Position numbers and translations under genes: made by a program. This document shows, in pieces, positions 56,417-64,000 of a stretch of DNA of 64,000 bases. Below the pieces are notes generated by a model. That model saw only the letters and a program-made list of their open reading frames with translations, made no database searches and was not told where the DNA came from. Position 1 is the first letter of the stretch, and the number at the start of each line of letters is the position of its first letter. Origin of the DNA: the human T2T-CHM13v2.0 reference genome, Homo sapiens; NCBI RefSeq assembly GCF_009914755.1, contig NC_060941.1. One strand, 5' to 3'.

Positions 56417-59373
56417 GAAAACTAGAAAGAAGCTTTCTGAGAAACTACTTTGTGATGTGTGCATTCATCTCACAGACTTGCAACTTTCTTTTGATTGAGC
56501 AGTTTGGAAATAGTCTTTTTGTAGAAGCTGCAAAGTAATGTTTTTGAGCGCTTTGAGGCCTATGGTGAAAAAGGAAATATATTCACCTAAAAACTACGTG
56601 GAAGCTTTCTGAGAAACTTCTTTGTGATGCGTGCATTCATCTCACAGAGTTGAAACTTTGTTTTGATTGAGGAGTTTGGAAACAGTCTTTTTGTAGAATC
56701 TTCAGAGAGATATTTGTGAGCCATTTGATGCCTATGATGAAAAAGGAAATATCTTCATATAAAAACTAGACAGAAGCTTTCAGAGAAATATCTTTGGGAT
56801 GTGTGCATTCATTTCATGGAGTTGAACTTTTCTTTTGATCAAGCAGTTTGGAAACAGTTTTTTTGTAGAATCTGCAAAAGGATATTTGGTGGGATTTGAG
56901 GCCTACTCTGAGAAAGGAAATATCTTCACATAAAAACTAGACGGAGGCCTTCTAAGAAACTTCCTTATGATGTGTACATTCATCTCACAGAGTTGAAACT
57001 TTCTTATGATTAATCAGTTTGGAAACACTGTTTTTGTAGAATCCACAGATGGATACAAGTAAGCCCTCTGAGGCCTATGGTGAAAAAGGAAATATCTGCA
57101 AATAAAAACTAGACAGAAGATTCCTGAGAAACTTCTTTGTGATGTGTGCATTCATATCACAGAGCTGAATCTTTCCTTAGATTGAGCACTTTTGAAATTG
57201 TCTTTTTGTATATTCTGTGCAGGGATATTTGTTAGCAGTTAAAGTCCTTTGGCAAGAAATGAAATATATTCACATAAAAACCACACAGAAGCTTTCTGAG
57301 AAACTTCTTTGTGATGTGTGCATTCGTCTCACAGAGTGGAACCATTCTCTTGATTGAGCAGTTTGGGAACAGTGTTTTTGTAGAATCTGCAAAGGGATAT
57401 TTGTGATACCTTTGTGGCCTATGGTGAAAAAGGATATGCCTTCACATAAAAACTAAACAGAAACCTTCTGAGAAATTTCTGTGTGATGTGTGCATTCATC
57501 TCACAGGATTCAACCTTTCTTTTGATTGAGCAGTTTGGAAACAGTCTTTTTGTACAATCTGCAAAGGTACATTTGTGAGCACTTTGAGGACTACTGTGAA
57601 AAGGAAACATTTTCATATAAAACCTAGAGAGAAGTTTTCTGAGAACTTCTTCGTGATGTGTGCATTCACCTTGCAGAGTTGAATGTTTCTTTTGATTGAG
57701 CAGTTTGCAAACCATCTTTTTGTAGATTCTGCAAAGGGAAATATGTAGGCGATTTGAGGTTGATGGTGAAATAGGAAATAACTTCATATGAAAACTAGAC
57801 ACAACCTTTCTGAGAATCTTCCCTGTGTTGTGTGAATTGATCACACACAGATGAGCCTTTCTTTTGATTGAGCAGTTTGTAAACAGTGTTTTTGGAGAAT
57901 CTGAAAAGGGATATTTGTGAGCGGTATGAGGCCTATGGTGAGAAAGGAAATATGTTCACATAAAAACTAGACAGAAGTTTCTGAGAAACTTCTTTGTGAT
58001 ATTTGCATTTCTCTCTCAGATTTGAACAGTTCGTTTGATTGAGCAGTTTGGAAACAGACTTTTTGTACAATCTGCATAGGGACATTTGTGAGCGCTTTAA
58101 GGCCTAGGGTGAAACAGGAAATATCTTCATATAAAACCTAGACAGAAGCTTTCAGAGAAACTTCTTTATAATGTGTGCATTCATCTAAAAGAGTTCAACC
58201 TTTCTTTTGATTGAGCAGTTATGAAACAGTCTTTTTGTAGAATCTGCCAAGGGATATTTGTAGGGGTTTGAGGCATATGGTGAAAAGGGAAATATCTTCA
58301 TATAAAAACTAGACAGAAGCTTTCTGAGGAACTTCTTTGTGATGTGTGCTTTCATCTCACAAAGCTGAACCTTTCTTTTTTTTGAGCAGTTTGTAAAAAG
58401 TCTCTTTGTAAATTCTGCAAAAGGATTTTTGTGAGCTGTTTGATGCCGATGTTGAAAAAGGAAATATTGACAAATAAAATCTAGACAGACCCTTTCTAGG
58501 AAACTACTTTGTGATGTGTACATTCATCTCACAGAGTTGAACCATTCTTTTGTTGAGCAGTTTGGAAACAGTGTTTTTGTAGTATCTGCAGAGAGATATA
58601 TGCAGGCAGTTATAGGCTAATTTTGAAAAAGTAAATATCTTCATATAAGAACTAGACAGTAGGTTTCTGAGAATCTTCCTTGTGATGTGTGCATTCACCA
58701 CACTGAGTTGAACCTTTGTTTTGATTGAGCAGTTTGGAAACAGTCTTTTTGCAGAATCTGTAAAGTGATATTTGAGAACGCTTTTATGCTCATGGTGAAA
58801 AATGAAGTATCTTCACATAAAAACTAGACAGTAGCATTCCAAGAAACTTCTTTGTGATGTGTGAATTCATCTCAGAGTTGAACCTTTGTTTCGATTGAGC
58901 AGTTTGGAAACAGTCTTTTTCTAGAATCTGCAAAGGGACATTTTTGAGTGCTTTGAGGCCAATGGTGAAAAAGAAAATATCTTCACACAAAAAATAGACA
59001 GAGGCTTTCTGAGAAACTTCTTTGTGATGGGTGCATTCATCTCACAGAGTTCAAACTTTCCTTTGATTGAGCAGTTTTGAAACAGTCTTTTTTAAAATCT
59101 GCATAAGGATATTTGTGATCCCTTTGTGGCCCATGGTGAAAAAGGAAATGTCTTCACATAAAACCTAGACAGAAGCTTTCTGAGAAACTTTTTGTGATGT
59201 ATGCATTCATCACAGAGATTTGAACATTTCTTTTCATGGAGCAGTTTGGAAACAGTCTTTTTGCAGAATCTGCAAAGAGAAATATGTAGGCAGTTTGAGG
59301 CCTATGGTGGAAAAGGAAATATCTTCATATAAGAACTACACAGAAGCTTCCTGAGAATCTATGGAAGCTAAAT

Positions 59374-62300
59374 CACATAAATACTAGATAGAAGCCTTCT
59401 CAGAAACTACGTTGTGATGATTGCATTCACCTCACGGAGTGGAGCATTCCTATTGACAGAGCAGTTTGGAAACACCCTTGTTGTAGAATCTGCTAGTGGA
59501 GATTTGGAGCGCTTTGAGGCCTATGGTAGTAAATGGAAGAGCTTCACATAAAATCTAGACAGAAGCATTCTGAGAAAATACTTTGTGATGATTGAGTTTA
59601 ACACACAGAGCTGAACATTCCTTTGGATGGAGAAGGTTTGAAACACACTTTCTGTAGAATCTGCGAGTGGATATTTGGACCTCTCTGAGGATTTCGTTGG
59701 AAACGGGATAACTGCACCTAACTAAACGGAAGCATTCTCACAAAATTCTTTGTGATGTTTGCATTCAAATCCCAGAGTTGAACCTTCCTTTGATAGTTCA
59801 GCTTTGAAACACCCTTTTTGTAGGATCTGCAAGTGGATAGTTGGACCACTCTTTGGCCTTCGTTCGAAACGGGTACATCTTCAAATAAAATCTAGACAGA
59901 AGCCTTCTCAGAAACTTCTCTGTGATGATTGCATTCAAATCAAAGCGTTGAACCCTCCTATGGATAGAGCAGTTTTGAATCTCTCTTTTTGTGGAATCTG
60001 CAAGTGGTTGTGTGGTCCTCTTTGAAGATGTCTTTGGAAACGGGAATATCTTCACATAAAAACTAAACAGAAGCATTCTCAGAAACTTCTCTGTGATGTT
60101 TGTGTCCAAATCACAGAGTTTCACGTTGCTTTTCATAGAGCAGATGAGAAACATTCTTTTCGTAGGGTCTGCAAGTGGACATTTGGAGAGATTTCAGGCC
60201 TGTGGTGGAAAACGAATTATCGTCAAGTAAAAACTAGAGGGAAGCATTGTCAGAAACTTGTTTGTGATGACTGCATTCAACTCACAGAGTTGAAGGTTCC
60301 TTTTCAAACAGCAGTTTCCAAACACTCTTTCTGTGGCATCTGCAAGTGGATGATTGGGCCTCTTTGAAGATTTCGTTGGAAACGGGATAATCTTCACAGA
60401 AAAGCTAAACAGAAGCATTCTCAGAAACTTCTTTGTGATGTTTGCTTTCAACTCACAGAGTTGAACTTTCCTTTTGAGAGAGAAGCTTTGAAACACTCTT
60501 TTTCTAGAATCTGCAAGTGGATATTTGGAGGGCTTTGAGGCCTGTGGTGGAAAAGGAATTATCTTCCCGTAAGAACTAGATAGATGCATTCTCAGAAACT
60601 ACTTTGTGACGATTGCATTCAAGTCACAGAGGTGAACATTCCCTTTCAGAGAGCACTTTGGAAACTCTCGTTGTGTAGAATCTGCAAGTGGAGATATGGA
60701 CCGCTTTGAGGCCTATGGTAGTAAAGGAAACAGCTTCATATAAAAACTAGACAGCAGCATTCTCAGAAAACTCTTTGTGACGACTGAGTTTAACTCACAG
60801 GGCTGAACATTCCTTTGGATGGAGCAGTTTGGAAACACACTATCTGTAGGATCTGCAAGCGGATACTTGGGCCTCTCTGAGGATTTTGTTGGAAACGGGA
60901 TAAACCGCACAGAACTAAACAGAAGCATTCTCAGAACCTTCTTCGTGACGTTTGCATTCAACCCACAGTGTTGAACCTTTCTTTGATAGTTCAGGTTTGA
61001 AACACTCTTTTTGTAGAAACTGCAAGTGGATAACTGCACTTCTTTGAGGCCTATCGTAGTAAAGGAAATAACTTCCTATAAAAACAAGACAGAAGCTTTC
61101 TCAGAAAATTCTCTGGGATGATTGAGTTGAACTCACAGAGCAGTACTTTCCTTGGGATGGAGTAGTTTCGAAACACACTTTCTGTAGAATCTGCAAGTGG
61201 ATATTTGGACCTGTCTGAGGAATTCGTTGCAAACGGGATAATTTCAGCTAAGGAAACAGAAGCAGTCTCAGAATCTTCTTGTGATGTTTGCATTCAAATC
61301 CCAGAATTGAACCTTCCTTTGAAAGTTCAGGTTTGAAACACTCTTTTTGCAGAATCTACAAGTGGATATTCGGACCACTCTGTGGACTTCGTTCGAAACG
61401 GGTATATCTTCACATAACATCTACACAGAAGCATTCTCAGAAACTTTTCTGTGATGACTGCATTCAACTCACAGAGTTGAACACTCCTTTTGAGAGCGCA
61501 GTTTTGAAACTCTCTTTCTCTGGAATCTGCAAGGGGACATGCAGACCTCTTTGAAGGTTTCGTTGGAAACGGAATCGTCTTCACATAAAATTTACACAGA
61601 AGCATTCTCAGGAACTCCTTGGTGATGTTTGTATTCAACTTCCAGAGTTGAACTTTCCTTCGGAAAGAGCAGCTATGAAACACTCTTTTTCTAGAATCTG
61701 CAAGTGGACATTGGGAGGGCTGTGAGGTTTGTGGTGGAAAAGGAAATATCTCCACGTAAATACTAGATAGAAGCCTTCTCAGAAACTATGTTGTGATGAT
61801 TGCATTCACCTCACGGAGTGGAGAATTCCTATTGACAGAGCAGTTTGGAAACACCCTTGTTGTAGAATCTGCTAGTGGAGAATTGGAGCGCTTTGAGGCC
61901 TATGGTAGTAAATGGAGGAGCTTCACATAAAATCTAGACAGAAGCATTCTCAGAAAATACTTTGTGATGATTGAGTTTAACACACAGAGCTGAACATTCC
62001 TTTGGATGGAGCAGGTTTGAAACACACTTTCTGTAGAATCTGCGAGTGGATATTTGGACCTCTCTGAGGATTTCGTTGGAAACGGGATAACTGCACCTAA
62101 CTAATCGGAAGCATTCTCACAAACTTCTTCGTGATGTTTGCATTCAAATCCCAGAGTTGAACCTTCCTATGATAGTTCAGCTTTGAAACATTCTTTTTGT
62201 AGGATCTGCAAGTGGATATTTGGACCACTATTTGGCCTTCCTTCGAAACGGGTACATCTTCAAATAAAATCTAGACAGAAGCCTTCTCAGAAACTTCTCT

Positions 62301-64000
62301 GTGATGATTGCATTCAACTCATAGCGTTGAACCTTCCTATGGATAGAGCAGTTTTGAATCTCTCTTTTTGTGGAATCTGCAAGTGGTTGTGTGGTCCTCT
62401 TTGAAGATGTCTTTGGAAACGGGAATATCTTCACATAAAAACTAAACAGAAGCATTCTCAGAAACTTCTCTGTGATGTTTGTGTCCAAATCACAGAGTTT
62501 CACGTTGCTTTTCATAGAGCAGATGAGAAACATTCTATTCGTAGGGTCTGCAAGTGGACATTTGGAGAGATTTCAGGCCTGTGGTGGAAAACGAATTATC
62601 GTCAAGTAAAAACTAGAGGGAAGCATTGTCAGAAACTTGTTTGTGATGACTGCATTCAACTCACAGAGTTGAAGGTTCCTTTTCAAACAGCAGTTTCCAA
62701 ACACTCTTTCTGTGGCATCTGCAAGTGGATGTTTGGGCCTCTTTGAAGATTTCGTTGGAAACGGGATAATCTTCACAGAAAAGCTAAACAGAAGCATTCT
62801 CAGAAACTTCTTTGTGATGTTTGCTTTCAACTCACAGAGTTGAACTTTCCTTTTGAGAGAGAAGCTTTGAAACACTCTTTTTCTAGAATCTGCAAGTGGA
62901 TATTTGGAGGGCTTTGAGGCCTGTGGTGGAAAAGGAATTATCTTCCCGTAAGAACTAGATAGATGCATTCTCAGAAACTACTTTGTGACGATTGCATTCA
63001 AGTCACAGAGGTGAACATTCCCTTTCACAGAGCACTTTGGAAACTCTCCTTGTGTAGAATCTGCAAGTGGAGATATGGACCGCTTTGAGGCCTATGGTAG
63101 TAAAGGAAACAGCTTCATATAAAAACTAGACAGCAGCATTCTCAGGAAATTCTTTGTGACGACTGAGTTTAACTCACAGGGCTGAACATTCCTTTGGATG
63201 GAGCAGTTTGGAAACACACTATCTGTAGGATCTGCAAGCGGATACTTGGGCCTCTCTGAGGATTTCGTTGGAAACGGGATAAACCGCACAGAACTAAACA
63301 GAAGCATTCTCAGAACCTTCTTCGTGACGTTTGCATTCAACCCACAGTGTTGAACCTTTCTTTGATAGTTCAGGTTTGAAACACTCTTTTTGTAGAAACT
63401 GCAAGTGGATAACTGCACTTCTTTGAGGCCTATCGTAGTAAAGGGAATAACTTCCTATAAAAACAAGACAGAAGCTTTCTCAGAAAATTCTCTGGGATGA
63501 TTGAGTTAAACTCACAGAGCAGTACTTTCCTTGGGATGGAGTAGTTTCGAAACACACTTTCTGTAGAATCTGCAAGTGGATATTTGGACCTGTCTGAGGA
63601 ATTCGTTGCAAACGGGATAATTTCAGCTAAGTAAACAGAAGCAGTCTCAGAATCTTCTTGTGATGTTTGCATTCAAATCCCAGAATGGAACCTTCCTTTG
63701 AAAGTTCAGGTTTGAAACACTCTTTTTGCAGGATCTACAAGTGGATATTCGGACCACTCTGTGGACTTCGATCGAAACGGGTATATCTTCACATAACATC
63801 TAGACAGAAGCATTCACAGAAACTTTTCTGTGATGACTGCATTCAACTCACAGAGTTGAACACTCCTTTTGAGAGCGCAGTTTTGAAACTCTCTTTCTCT
63901 GGAATCTGCAAGGGGACATGCAGAACTCTTTGAAGGTTTCGTTGGAAACGGAATCATCTTCACATAAAAATTACACAGAAGCATTCTCAGGAACTCCTTG
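59374..64000 (+). repeat. Higher-order alpha satellite, 14-mer, 2379-bp period; chromosome 17 D17Z1-B/-C-like (SF3)
   Basis: Near-identical ORFs recur at a constant offset of 2379 (59759/62138, 60194/62573, 60713/63092, 61051/63430, 61288/63667). The two copies are ~98% identical by eye and CENP-B boxes are present. The HOR structure is seen directly. The chr17 assignment rests on recall of the 14-mer length and D17Z1-like monomers (~0.75). Confidence 0.93.
59692..63782 (+). promoter_or_regulatory. CENP-B boxes (NTTCGNNNNANNCGGGN) within the HOR
   Basis: Intact boxes at 59692-59708, 59858-59874, 60371-60387, 61222-61238, 61387-61403, 62071-62087, 62750-62766, 63263-63279, 63601-63617 and 63766-63782. 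Degenerate boxes at ~60028, ~60884, ~61558, ~62237, ~62407 and ~63937. Confidence 0.9.

Overview
This is hominoid (most likely human) pericentromeric DNA running into the edge of a centromeric higher-order alpha-satellite array. I found no intact protein-coding gene, RNA gene or CRISPR array. From left to right: (1) old, diverged monomeric alpha satellite in reverse orientation, carrying an AluS insertion (1-5832). (2) A ~27.5 kb non-alphoid island containing an SST1-like GC-rich repeat, a ~4.4 kb-armed inverted duplication with two head-to-head WEE1 processed pseudogenes, old L1 debris, and an intron-containing duplicated piece of the BSND (barttin) locus. (3) A different monomeric alpha layer in forward orientation (33345-59357), interrupted by two L1 insertions that each carry non-L1 3'-transduced DNA and by a full-length SVA. 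(4) An abrupt switch at ~59374 to a CENP-B-box-containing higher-order repeat (HOR) of period 2379 bp (14 monomers), which fits the chromosome 17 14-mer arrays (D17Z1-B/-C) from recall. I do not see a new gene system. The most interesting signals are structural: retrotransposon insertion sites and block junctions clustering in one ~55 bp part of the 171 bp monomer, an L1 twin-priming product whose sense part is only transduced DNA, probable gene-conversion patches between the WEE1 palindrome arms, a fold-back AT-rich micro-array at an L1 tail, and an out-of-register HOR junction with filler DNA. All identities and mismatch counts were done by eye and are approximate. Family and subfamily names come from recalled consensus sequences, not from database searches.
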